Of a stretch of DNA of 64,000 nucleotides, positions 51,508 through 64,000 are shown piece by piece. The notes below the pieces were generated by a model. That model was not told the DNA's origin, did no database searches, and saw only the letters and a list, made by a program, of their open reading frames with translations. Position numbers and translations under genes: made by a program. Source of the DNA: Euglena gracilis (Eukaryota); assembly GCA_039621445.1 (NCBI GenBank), contig CP154954.1:25432954-25496953 (forward strand), in the 5' to 3' direction. The first letter of the stretch is position 1, and each line of letters opens with the position of its first letter.

Positions 51508-54492
51508 GTGGCCATCCAAATCCAAAATTGCTGTTTTTGAGAGATCAACAAGTCTGCTGGTTTTGAATCTAAAACGTCCCAAGCGGCTCGCAGCGGAACA
51601 GCTCCCACCCAGTCGCCCGGCATCTGCTCACTTGCCACAACACCCTGCCCTCAGTGCCTCCCCAGCCCCTGCACCAGGGGCAAAGTTCCAGCCCCACGCT
51701 CTCCTTTTCATCTAGTGTCACAATAGTTCTCTGCTGTATCGCTCAGAGGTTTTTGTACTCCATTCAGAAGCATCTGACCATTCTTCACGAGCCCAGATTT
51801 GATTTCTGTTTGTGATTGGGATTTGGAGTTTGGAGAGAAGCCACCCAGCAATCTACGTAACTGCATTCCGGGCACATCTTGGGTAATACGCAAGATAGTT
51901 CGCTTAGTTTTGTGTTACAGCTTGTGATTTTTTAGAGTCATCGCCCTTTTTTCCCTTCTTGTGCCTTCATCCAAGACACAGTCTGTCATTGAACAATCCT
52001 GTCCAGATCCCGGGGGGGGGGGTCTGGTCCCTCCCCCTCCCCCAGGGGGTGGGAGGTTTCCTTTGTTTTCGGCACTTCTTGCCGAAAACAAAATTTGAAC
52101 CCCAAAATTGACCCCCAAAAGGTGGCCCTCACAAGCCCCCCCCCCATTTTTTGAGGTGCTGACTGGTTTTGGCTCTGGATGCTCCAGGGGGGGAGGGTCG
52201 GCCGAAAGTGGCCACGCAGCGCCGAATGCTCCGGTATTTGGGGGGGGGGGGGCGAAATTCATTGATTTTGGCCTGTTTTTTGGGCCGAGTGGCCAGAGTG
52301 ACCGACCCATCCCCCCGGGGGTAGGAAGTGGGTGATTGAAAAATTGAAATAGAACATGGAAATAGAAATTTGAGGACGAAGTTTTGGGGGGACAAGTTTG
52401 TACGTAAATGGGCTGGTCCTTAGACGCCATGGATTCAATTCTGCTTCACTTCAAGATAAAGGGGTTTTGGAAAGCGAACCCCCAGGTCCCTAATCAGAAC
52501 AATCCTGCGGTTTTTTTTTGGTGGTGTCTAGCCCAAAGATGGACCAAATTGCCAGGTTTGGGGGAAAATGGCATGTGTGCCTTCACAGGGCAGAGGATAA
52601 AAATGTAAATTCAGGCTTTTCCGCTAGAATTTTATAGAAATGAACAACGTTTTGGAAACGTCCAAATTGAGACTAGAGGCTTCGAAAGACCCGGGAGGGG
52701 GTAGACCATTCCTTGCTCACCGACCTCCCCCCGGGGGGGGGTCACTTTCCACTTCAAAATCCAGTCAGCACTTTTCGCACCCTTGGCCTCGTTGTTAAAA
52801 TGTTTGGTTTATTCCATGCACAGAACCCGGAGGAGAGGTATGTCATTTCCATCCTCTTTTTTTTGTCAGTCTGTGAGGTAAATCTCCTGCTCAGGATCAC
52901 GAAACAACGCCTCGTTCCCCCCAGCTGCTTCCGCCAGCCACCTGCATCTTTCCTCCGTCGGTTTTCCCCCGTCCTGAATGGCCCTGGTGTTTGTGACCAA
53001 TGACACGCCCTCCCAAAGGTACCCAGTGGCAGAGGGCCCCGGCTGCCCGGTTCTACCAGTTGTTTGTGTGTGTTTGTGTGCGTATGTGTGTGTGTGTATG
53101 GGTGGGTGGGTGGGTCTTACCGCCTGGTCGTCTGTCTCTGTCTGCCAAGGCTGTTGGCTTTGAGGTTTTATGGATGTGCTGCATGGACAATCCCTCCAAG
53201 TGGACGCTGAAGTTTGGAATAAATGAAGTTTGGAATAAATTCAGGGAAATCCCATGGTGAATCCCCTCGGCGCACAGAAAGGCCAATGCAGGATTCAACT
53301 TAGGTGGGGGGTCCCCCACCCTGGACCAGACGGACCCCCCTGCCCACCTTCCAAGGGTGGATCTGGACCGACCTGGGGGGGAACCTGGGACCCCCCCAAA
53401 AAAAGCTTCAATCTTTTCTACCGGCGCATCGCGCCGAAATCTTGTCTGCATTTTTTTTGACATCTGTCACCCAGTAAGGTGGGCTTCCCCCACCCTCCCC
53501 TCCTGGATCGGTCCAACCCCCCCACCTGCCCTTTTATCGAACCCATATATCGTGTCAGCAGCAGGCTTCTGCTTAAGGGTCGAAGAACCCAGTGGGGGCT
53601 GGAATGCAGCTAATCCAAATTTGAACGGTAAAAATCCTGGTGGACCCCCCAGGGACTCCCAGCATGGCTAGCCCATGGAAGTTTTTTTTTGAGCCCCCAA
53701 AATCTGCCAAAATTTGCTCATTGTTGGCATTTTTTTGGGGAACAAAATCAGCCCAAAAGGAACACATTTTAAACACCATACATACCCTATTTTCACCTCG
53801 GCACCCAGCGCTGGATATTTTTTTCCATTCGGGGAGAGCTCAGGACTTCAGCTCAGGAGGGGTCTACCTTGTGGCTTTTTTGCAATGACTAGCAAATTGG
53901 GTAGGTGGCAGACCCCCAGGATATTTAAGCAAAAGCCTAGTCAGCAGTGCTTTTTGTGGAATACTTCCACCTGAAATGCACTCTCACCAGATTTTGTGCC
54001 ATCAGTTCAGGGACGGATATTCTCGACCAATGCATGGAAGTGCTGCTTCAGGGGATGGTTTTGGGGATGGTTGGATTATATTAAACTAGCTTAAAGTAAA
54101 TTGAATTAAATAATTATTTATGTTAAATCATTAAAATTTAAATTAAACGAGATTAATTAATTAATTAATTGAATTGAATTGAATTGAATTTACCCGTGTC
54201 CAGAGCATGCACTGGGGCCAATTTGGGTGTCGACCACCCCAAGACTGCGGCGAAGGCCACGGAGGCATGAGAAGCTGAGAAAGAAAGGGACCCCCTGCAA
54301 GCTCTTCCACTCCCCTCCCCTGCACCTCCGCGCTCCTTCCCTCCACGACTCGCCCTCACCCTCGGCGGCCACGCACCCCCTCCCTGCGGGTTGGAGCTCG
54401 CCAGCTTGACCGCGGCCCTCTGTTGGGCAGTGCGGCCCGAAATGCCTGCTCCGGAGGTGGATTTCATGACACGATTATTTTGAATGGTTTCT

Positions 54493-54905
54493 TAAACCCC
54501 CCCCCAAATATAAACCCCCCCCAAATACAAACCCCCCCCAAATATAAAACCCCCCCTGAGGACCTTGAAATCCCGCCCAAATATAAAACCCCCCCTCCGG
54601 CGCGAAGCGCCGGAAGGAAAATTTTTCGACAATTCTCTCCCGAAATTGTGATTTTTGGCAGATTTGGGAACAATTTTTACCAAAAACATGTCAAAATTGC
54701 TCCTTCGCCCGAAAAATGAAGTTTTTGGACCCCCAAGGGTGGGCGTATTTGTGATTTTGGACCAAAAAAGTGACTACCGGAGCCCGCCAGGAAGTTGATT
54801 TTCCGACCGAATATAAACCCCCCCCAAATATAAAACCCCCCCTCGGGGTCTTGAAATTTCCGCCCAAATATAAAACCGGGGGGGTTTTATATTTGGGGGG
54901 GTTTA
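54493..54905. mobile_element. TA-flanked MITE
   Basis: TA|aacccccccaaatataaa ... tttatatttggggggtt|TA, internal aaatataaaaccccc repeats, central ggcgcgaagcgcc. Confidence 0.85.
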
Positions 54906-55779
54906 TAAGTGTTGGTCAGACAAACCGGGTGGGAAACGTGACAAGCAAACCGTGGTGCTGTCTGGCTCAGCACCGCAGCAATAGAAGCCCACCTCCGATG
55001 GATGCGCAAGGGCCACTGCAAGTGGAGGGTCCAAATAGAGGCCCGTCCTCCCCAGGACAGAACGGGAATCGGCCGAACAGCCAGGGTGGTGGGTGGGGGG
55101 GGGGGAGGGGTCGACCTCTTCCCGTATTTCCGGGAGCACCAATTTTTGGACCCGAAAAAATTTTTCCGGCGCCTTCGGCGCCGGGTGTTTTTTTTTTTTT
55201 GACCCATTCTGGGACCCATATAGGGGGTCCCCCCAAAAACCACCCAAAACCCCATTTTTTCATACCTTCCACAAACTCAACGTTTTCTCAAAATGTAGAT
55301 TTTGAGTGGTTTTTGAAGCAAAAAAATGCCATTGAAAGTCCAAATAAAATTCAAAGGGAAAAAATGTCAGTAAAATTTGATTGTGCCAAAATTTTGTCCA
55401 CTTTTTTTTGACCTTCGTTTTTTTTCACCCCCCTCCTGAAAACTACCATTTTTTAACCCTGAATTTTTTGAGATTTTTTGTGAAAAAAATGTGGTTTTCC
55501 ATTAAAAAATCATGTGTTTTGGGTTCATTTTTCAAAAAAAATTCTAAAAATTTTCTGGCCAAAATCCCCGTTTTCCCGAAATCGGTGAAAATGCTGTGGT
55601 GGGTGGGGGGGTCGACCCACCCCCCACCTCCCGGGTTGGGGGGGGGGGGGTTGACCACCTCCCCCCACCAGGCCTTCCCGTTCTGCCCGCTCCTCCCCCC
55701 GCCACCAGAGGTGGCGGTCGACTACGGGCACACCCACAATTGAATTTGGGGGGGACAGGGCAGTGGGGTTTTGCGGGGT

Positions 55780-56313
55780 GTTGGCCAATGGCCCCCTCGC
55801 CCAGCGCCGCAAAGGGTCGCCGCCCCGCCTGGCTCGACGGCTCGCCCGACACGATGCACTGCCGCCCCCTGCCAGTCCCCTCTGATCCCTCGGATGACCC
55901 CAGCGCCCTCTCCCCCGGCACGGCACGGCATGGGGTGCTTGGCAGGGCGTGGGGAGAGGGGGAAGGGAGGCAGGGGGGAGGTGCCCGGTCGGCCGAGTGG
56001 GCCATCAGCACCTGCCCCGGGCCGCGACCTGCCATTCGACTTTGGACAGTTTGTGCTGTTTTGTCTGTGTGTGTTGTGTTTTTTTTGTTGTTTTTATTTA
56101 TTTGCCCTTTTTTGGAAAACCTTATTGTGGCAGTTGACGTACAAACAAAATGGTCGAACATTTGAACACGAGGAAGTAGGCCGCATAACGTTGTGATCCA
56201 ATGTAGTGCATGCGTGTCCCATGCAGCGCCGGTGCCATCCCCAGTAGTGCCGGAACCCCCTCCCTCCCCTGCGACGCCAGGGACCTGCCTGCTGCCGTGG
56301 CCACCGGTCGCTG
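55780..56313 (+). CDS. Possible two terminal exons of an unidentified low-complexity gene
   Basis: Unique GC-rich islands. A gc|GTGGGG (55949)...atgcAG|c (56227) join keeps frame to a TGA near 56313. No recognisable domain. Confidence 0.2.
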
Positions 56314-56554
56314 AGCCGCTCTCTCCCCCCCCCCATCCCCTGCACTGGGCCACCACTGCCACGGACTGGTAGTTCGGTCCGGCGGGCAACCCGGCCAAGA
56401 TGGGTCCCCAGAGGAGCACGGCGCCGGCTGCCACTTTTCTTCATGTGGGCGTGTTGCGCTGTCCAGTGCTGCGGGGTGTGTTGTGCCTCCAGAGAAGGGT
56501 TATGAATTTGAAGATTTTCACTTTTTGTTGATTTCGGAAAATCTGTGGGTTTGT

Positions 56555-56632
56555 GTGAATGAGTGTGAGGAGTGAGTGAGTGAGTGAGCGAGCAAGCGAG
56601 CGAGTGAGCGAGTGAGTGAGTGAGTGAGTGAG
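56555..56632. repeat. (GTGA/GCGA)n microsatellite
   Basis: Direct reading. Confidence 0.9.
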
Positions 56633-59600
56633 TATGTCTGTGTGCGTGCTTTCCCTTTTCTTTTGTATTTTGGTGATTTTTTCTGCATTCTGGGGGAAAA
56701 AATGGGAGTGAACGCGAAGTCTCATTTTTATTTTGTATTTCCAATGTGGTTTTTGTTGTGTCCAACTTTAAAATCATTTTCCTTTTTTGAATCTTTGGGC
56801 AAATGAACTGGTGGGTATTTTATCAGCGGCGTTGCTTGCATCGAGCTCAAATAATTACCCAGCATCCACCCCCCTCACCCCACCAAACTCAAACCACCCT
56901 CAAAATACTAAAGGTGTTGTAATATCCCCTGCACGTATTGTATTTTCCCCCCTGCTTGGAGGTGTTCCTCCTCACACCCAAATTTAACGCTCATATTCAC
57001 CAGCCACCTTTGCATCATTTAACACAAAACCCCCTGGTGGGAGTCCGGGCTGGACCCCCCCCTGGCGGGTCCGTGCAAGGGCTTTGGGTAAACCCCCCAA
57101 AAATGAGACCCCCCCCAAAAATAAGCCCCTCCCCAAAAAAAGTAAGACCCCGCCTGGGTTGATCGAGTTAAAATTCCGAAAAAGCCCCCCCCCCCCCAAA
57201 CCCCCCTGACAGTGCAAAGAAGACGGAGAATCGTTTCTCTAAAAAACGCCAAAAACCCAATTCAATAAACCCCCCAAAATCAAACCCAGGTGTTATTTTT
57301 TGGGTCCATTTGCTGGAAACCTCCAGGGGGTGATGTTATTTTGGGAGGGTCTTATTTTGGGTTTTTTTTTCTCGACCGACCTGGGCCCAAAAAAGCATCA
57401 TTTTTCGAAATTGTTCCCTCAGCAATTCGCGCCGCATGTAAATTTGCACACATTAACATTTTACCATGTTTTTGGGACTCAAAAATCCAAAATTTTCTGA
57501 AATTTCATCATTTTCCGGTCCGAAATTGTGGTTTTTGGTGATTTTTCAGGGAAAATTTTCACCGTCCTCAGCGCCGTCGGGGGGGTTTTGTTTTTGGGGG
57601 GATTTATTTTGGATTTTTTGCTTGATCGGCCCGGGTCTTATTTTTGGGGGTCTTATTTAGGGGGGGGGGCTTATTTTGGGGGTACACAAAATGAGATTTT
57701 TCAATGAAAGTTCACCAATTTTCAATTTTTTAAAGTGCCAAAAATATGGTAAATGTCAAATTACACCAATTCTGAAAAAATGATGTTTTTTTCTCGGCCC
57801 AGGTCAGAAGAAAAAATCCAGGGAATAAGACCCCCCCCTGGAGGTTTCCAGCCACCCAAAAAAACAAGACCCAGGCCTTATTTTGGGGGGGTCATGGGCC
57901 TCTGCCGCGAAGTGCCTGACATGATCTGATTTTGGGGAGTTCCGCACAGGAGGGGTGGGATGGACCTTCCCTGGGGGTCTTTGAAAGAAGCCTGCACGCA
58001 GAAGTATTTTTCATCTTTTTCGATTTTTTGAATATTTTATTTTTTTGCATTTTCCTCCTACGGGTTTTCAATATGAATGAATATAAAACAATAGATTGCC
58101 TCAGAAAAATTCGCATTTTGACCAAATTTTCCCCCGCGAGCAATCTCGGCATAAGTTTTTTGTGATTGACACTTGTTTAAGGACCACCCTTATCCAAATG
58201 GCTGCCAACGGCCGGTCTGGATCTCGGATGGGTGAAACATTAAAACCACATTTTTGGGTGTTTTTGGTGGATTTGGCGATGGTCCAAGGGTGCTGGAAAT
58301 CAAATTTTTCCAACGGCAACCTGTTTTCACCAGAGAATTTTCTCAATCAAGGATCTCATTTCGCCCTTTTTTTCCCCTGTGGATGCTCAGTTGAATGTGG
58401 GCAGAACGGTTGAATGACAGAAAGGTTGAATGTGGTTTTTTTTCATTTAGGGACCGCCCTTCTTCTTGGGCATTCATCCCCATGGGTCCCAGCAAATGTG
58501 AAATCCTAACTTCTGGTTACCTTAGCCTCCGCGGAGCCTCCGTGGACGCTGCTTACTTTAGGAGGCTCCGCTAGGACACCAATTTTGTACGCGGACAACG
58601 TCTGAAAAATGAAAAAAATATTATATATTACGGGTTGACGCCAATCCCCCCCCCCCCACACCCCTCCCCACTGGCCCCACACTAATGCCCAGAGGAAGAG
58701 GAATTTATTTTCTTTTTTTTCACCCAACTCCACAAAAAAAATTTTCCCATTTTTGCCACACATCCCTGAAAAAAAAATTTCTGTTTGGACTCCAACACCG
58801 CCCACATCCCCACAAAAGGCAAAAATCTTTCCCCTCTCACATGCCCCATACCCAGGGGGGGGGATATGCACTTGCATAATTTGCATAATCAGGTTTTTCC
58901 GAAATTTGCATCTTTTTGCATTTTTTTGCATTTTTTTTGCATAAAGTCTTTTGCCCTGGAAATTTTTTTTGTAATTGGTCGCCATATGTTTGCATTTTTT
59001 TGCCTTTTTTGCATTTTTTTTGCATGAAAGATTTGCCCTGGAATGTTTTTTTTGTAGTTGGTCGCGATATGTCATGGTTTGTCTCTAGTCCCTCTCCAGT
59101 TGCCTGTGCTTGCCATTGTCTTCCAGGAGGTCTTCTTTGTGAATCATTGACAGGTACGCTGGCATTGTCACATGTTTACGGATTTTAGGCAGCAAAACTC
59201 TGATACATTCCAGCCTTTTTCTCAGGGATTTTATGCAAGTTGCATTTTTTTGCATTTTTTTGCATTTTTTTTGACTTGCATAATTTGAAGGGCCAAGTTG
59301 CATTCCCACCCCCCCTGCCCATACCCCCCGTTTGCCACAAAAACGACATGTCCGCTTGATGTGGCACAGACCGTTCACCCGTTTGTCATTTACGCCCTGT
59401 CCGCCAAACTTGTTCGAAACCATTTATCCATTTGCCACAAAAACGAAATGTCGGCCTGATTTTGCTTTTATCGTTTACCCGTTTGCTATTCACGCCATGT
59501 CCGCCAAATTTTGTCCACACAAGAGGATGTTGTCATTGGGGAGCGGGGGAGGGGGGCGGGGCGAAGGGGGTAAAGGCGAGGGGGGTGGGGTGGGGTCCGG

Positions 59601-60565
59601 GGGGAGCCCCTCGCCCCCCCCCGGGCACAGCCAAATGGACGCCACTTTGGATTTCACGTCACCTTTTTTTTTGCAACATGACAACATCCATCATGACATC
59701 ATTTCATCATTTCTTAAAATGCTAAAAGTTCCCCTGAACCGTACAGTCAACCTTGGCCTGGGGGGTGTGCGTATTAATTGTCCGTTGAATTTCCACCAGC
59801 TCTTTCCAAAATCAACCCATCAGAGTTTCTTTTCATTGGAGTGCGGTCCATTTCTCCGTTTGCATTGACACCAGAAAAGTTTGAGGTTTTTTTTTATGTT
59901 TTGCTGACCCTGGGGGGGCAGGGTTGGGTGGGTGGGTGGGTGGGTCTGAGCCAATTCCATCCCGGGGGGGGGGGGGGGCAAGTGGGTACCCCGCTGGAAG
60001 CAGGGCTTTGCTCTATTTTTGTGCCAAGGCCCGTAAATGTTTGGATCCCAAAATTGCCCCCCCCCCCCAAAGTGGGTCCCCCGAGCCCACCCTCCCCCCC
60101 CCCGGTCCCCCACCTGGGGTGGGGGGAGGGTCCGGACCGCCCCCCGGTCCCAAAAGCAACCTCAGATTGACGCCCTTTTCCGACGGGGAAACTGGACGGA
60201 ATGTTCCCCAAAGACCCAGTCTGCCAGTTCCTTGTCACGGCCGCCGTGCTCCCGGTCAGTGTGCTCGTCCTTCCCTCTGAGGTGTCGAAATCGCCCCCGG
60301 GGCTGAGCCCCCCTGGGCGTCGGGTGCCTGGCCTTGCCCACACCCGGCCCAGGGGTGGCTGGGCCCAGACGTCCCCAGCCGCCTTCCGGGGCGGCTCATC
60401 TCTCCCAGTCTTGATGGTCCTTTTTGTGACAGACTTTTGTTTGTCCCGCCATTTTTTGAATGTGCTCTGTAACCCCCGCCCCCGGCACTTAATCCCCCCT
60501 TTCATGCAAATTTGTACCCCTAAAGTTGGCCTTGGCTCCTAACTTGCATGCCCTACCCTCCCTCA

Positions 60566-63380
60566 GGCGGCGCATCTCGCACTTAAGCTTTTTTTCGTCG
60601 ATTTTCGCATTTTCGCTCAGCGACCATTTTTTGATTTGGGTGCTGGCATTACAAGGGGAGAGAGTGAGAGGCAGCAGGATAGGACAAAATACGGGCGATT
60701 TCTCATTTTTGGCACCGGCTCTCCTGGGAATTACGTTTTTTTGCTATTTTTTTTTTGGTGGTCGGAATGACACGAAAACCCCCGGACCTGTCCCCCCAAA
60801 ATGAAAAACACCGATAAAAGCACCAAAATGCCGGTACCGCCTTCCCCCTTTTGGTGCGATGCGACTCTCCTCACTGGTTCAGCCGTGTTTTGAACAAATA
60901 AAGCAGGTTGATGTGCGCAATTGCGCACATCGTCCATTCGATGATTCCCTGAAGAACGTCCATAAATGGTCCAAAATTCATACTTTTGAAAACGGTGGGT
61001 CAAATACCGTGAGTTTGGGGGCGAAGATGAGATCGGTTTGTTGGAGACCCTGGCTGGCTCCCTCCAGGGGTTTTGACGCACTTTTCTTGTTTTTGCCGGC
61101 CTCAGACTTTTGTTCGTTTGCCAGAGCGCGGAGAACAAGCATGGGGGGCTGGGGTGGCTCCAATCACGCCGCCAGCCCGTGCAGGGTGAAGAGAAAGTGG
61201 TTTGAAGGGGAGGGATGGGTCGCGAGTCCGGCGTCCGGCCAAATTGTATCGTGATGAAATGGGAGAATTGATGACACAAATTTCACTGGAATGTTTTTTT
61301 TGTTGCGCAAATGCGCACATTCGACAACGTGTGCGCATTTGCGCACACCAAACTCATGTCCCTTTCCATGAAGTGGGAACGGGCCTCGCTGATTTGAGCT
61401 TTTTGAAACAAGCAATAACTGAAAGAGCTTACCATGCAGCTTTGCTCTGAAAACAAACAGAAATACACTAGAAGCATCAAGTACCAGGTCGGAATTAAAG
61501 AAAAAGTGGTCGGTTTGCGCAAATGCGCACGTGGTCCGCATTTGCACACTTTCAAACACCGACCACATGTGTAAAGGTTGACGTCGTCGGAGTGCGAAAT
61601 GGGCACACCATGACGACGTGCGCATTTGCGCACACCAACCACGATAGCAAAATTCAGACAGAACACATCAAACACGACCCCAAACACCACCTGTAATGGC
61701 TCCTTCGGTGTGCAACTTACTCAGCTGCCAAACGCTCTCCTCAAAGATGAGGCTGTTTTCAAGGCCAATTCTGGTCCAGTGACAGGTCCAGGTCCATGTG
61801 GAGACCGTAGACCTCTGGTAGGTGGTCCGCCGCTCGCACGTCGCGACACACGTGCAATGACTCTGCTTGGGGTGGCCCTCGAAAACCCCCGCCACTTGCC
61901 CCCTGGCTTGCGTTTTGCTGCACCAGTCACATCAGCTGATGATAGCTGGTTGCACTTAAGCATCCACCAGGCCGTCATGAACCCCCGGTTCAGCAGCAGC
62001 CACCGAGGTGGCATTGTTATCCCCCACAGCCGGGACGGCAGACTGGGTGGGCGGGCAAGCTGCTAGTCCATGGAAACAATGGAAAATGGGGCGTCTTAAA
62101 TGTGGCCATAAAACTCATTCTTTTGGAGGTAGAGAATATTTGATGTTTACACCTGGTTGGGTTGCGTGAAAGTATTGGGACTCAGCACCCCTGTTTTCTG
62201 AGGGAAAAATGAGGCATTATTATTGTGGCAAAAACAGAAAAATTGTTCCTGGCCGAGGCGTCAGGAAGATTACATATGCGTAATTTTTGAAATTCTGGAA
62301 GTCGTTATTTTTTTGAAGAAAGGTGTCCAGCAATCATGGGGGGTTACACATCATCGATTCCTCCCTGCAATTTCCAAACTGATGGCACGAAAACGATTGG
62401 TCGTACGAGTTGGGGATCAGATATGCAAAATTTGCCCTTGGAGAGGACAATATTTCTCCTGTCATGTAGTGTGTTCCACTGCACGTTACGCAAAACATAA
62501 AAAAACCAAGTTTTCTTCACCACACAATATCTTCAACACAATAGTTTGCGCACACAGTGGTCAGTGTGCGCAAATGCACACGTCAATTGTTAAGGATGAA
62601 GAGCACTCTATAACACGGGGGCAAAACAAAGGTACATTTACAAGCCACCGTTCCATGTCACAAATTGCAAACGGTCCCCATTCAAAATCCTTGCCCAAGA
62701 TTTATTTCCAGGTCCAAGAAAAGGCAGGAGTTGTGTTCCATGTGGTAATATAAAAATGTGGAGTATATTTCTCAAGTTTCACATGGTTAGTGTGCGCAAA
62801 TTCGCACACCAACCATTCAAGCAATTGTGCTCACAAACCAGGTATGTATTTTGAGTTAGTGGTTGGTGTGCGCATTTGCGCACATCGCCCATCTACAAAA
62901 TACACAAATGGTCGATGTGCGCAAATGCACACACCAACCCCTTACACAAAATGCAAATGTGGTCGATGTGCGCAAATGCGCACATCGACCCTCTTTTCAT
63001 AAACTTGTGTCAGGTGTGTTCCATCGCTACACACACATTTCGATCCTGTCGATAGCAGCAGAGTTCTGGAAAGTTTTTTATGCAACAATCGTCGCCTAAT
63101 TCACCTGCACATCACATCATCTCCGAATGGTGGAAAGTTGGTCCCTTTCATCATCACCCGGCAGTTACAGGCAGCACGGATGCACCAAACCCATAATCGT
63201 TACAGCCAGGGTGTACAACCCACCTATTTCACAGACGACAACACCAATCTGTCGCTCCAGATGTTTCACACTGCCGCTTCATCAGGCGCAGTCGGCGGTT
63301 CAAGGAAATTGTAAAAATGTTGATGTGCGTAATTGCGCACATTGACACAGAAAAAACAGCTTAGTGCGAGATGCGCCGCC
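60566..63380 (-). mobile_element. 2.8-kb PIF/Harbinger-like DNA transposon with decayed coding remnants
   Basis: ~30-bp TIR GGCGGCGCATCTCGCACTTAAGCTTTTTTT / AAAAAACAGCTTAGTGCGAGATGCGCCGCC; flanks TCA / TAA; iterated TGCGCAWWTGCGCA palindromes; stop-riddled minus-strand frames. Confidence 0.8.
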
Positions 63381-64000
63381 TAAGCCCCCCCTCCCCTGCC
63401 TGTCCATAACACCCACCCCTGGGGTGGTTTGGGCATTTCCTTAAATAGAAGCTCTGAGGGAACCCTTGCCCGACCAAACCACCCTCCCCCCTCAGCGTTT
63501 GGGGGTCCACTGGATAATCCCCGTTTGTAATTGCTCCCTAACCCCACCCCCAAAAATAAGACCCGGGTCTTATTTTTTGGGTCCGTTTGCTGGAAATCTC
63601 CAGGGGGAGTCATATTTTTGGGGGTCTTACTTTTGGCTTTATTCCTGATCAATCTGGCCTGAAAAAGACATCACTTTCCAGGTTCCCAAAAAACACTGAA
63701 AATTTTAGTCGCATTCCAGAAAGGAAGATGACATTATTTCTTATTCATGGGTCTCAGATCAAACCTTTCCAAATGATGTTGCCGTACCGCGACCTCGAGT
63801 GTTCAAAACCCAACAAAATCCCAACAACAACACCAAAATGCCAAAGTGTCTGGAGGTGTTTGGCAACATGGGTGCCAAACACCACAAAATGATTTTTTTC
63901 TTCACTTCTTGTCCCTTGACCTCCTTGTATGCAAGCCTGGCCCTTTGTTAGCTCTGTTTCTTTGGCATTTCCCCCATATCTGCTTGCAGGCGCATTTCCC

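Overview
Eukaryotic, repeat-saturated genomic DNA, about 50% GC with pervasive poly-G/poly-C runs. It most resembles a euglenid (Euglena-like) nuclear locus; this is inferred from non-canonical Y|R intron junctions with paired CAG/CTG-type termini, C-rich acceptors just before ATGs, and TTAGGG-like motifs. Almost none of the supplied ORFs are real genes. Supported content: (1) two diverged paralogous multi-exon + strand genes for Pro/Gly-rich proteins starting MGCxxS (gene A from 9066, gene B 34751-38912), which differ in intron content; (2) a recent ~4.55 kb tandem duplication at the window start; (3) many nested non-autonomous DNA transposons: hAT-like (8-bp TSDs), TA-flanked Tc1/mariner-like, and a PIF/Harbinger-like family with iterated TGCGCAWWTGCGCA palindromes and decayed coding sequence; (4) long microsatellites. 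The most interesting signal is that the non-conventional intron geometry (3+5 or 4+4 = 8 nt outside a paired CAG/CAA...CTG/TTG stem) equals a local hAT MITE plus one 8-bp TSD, suggesting MITE-derived introns. All alignments were made by eye, so exon edges are provisional.
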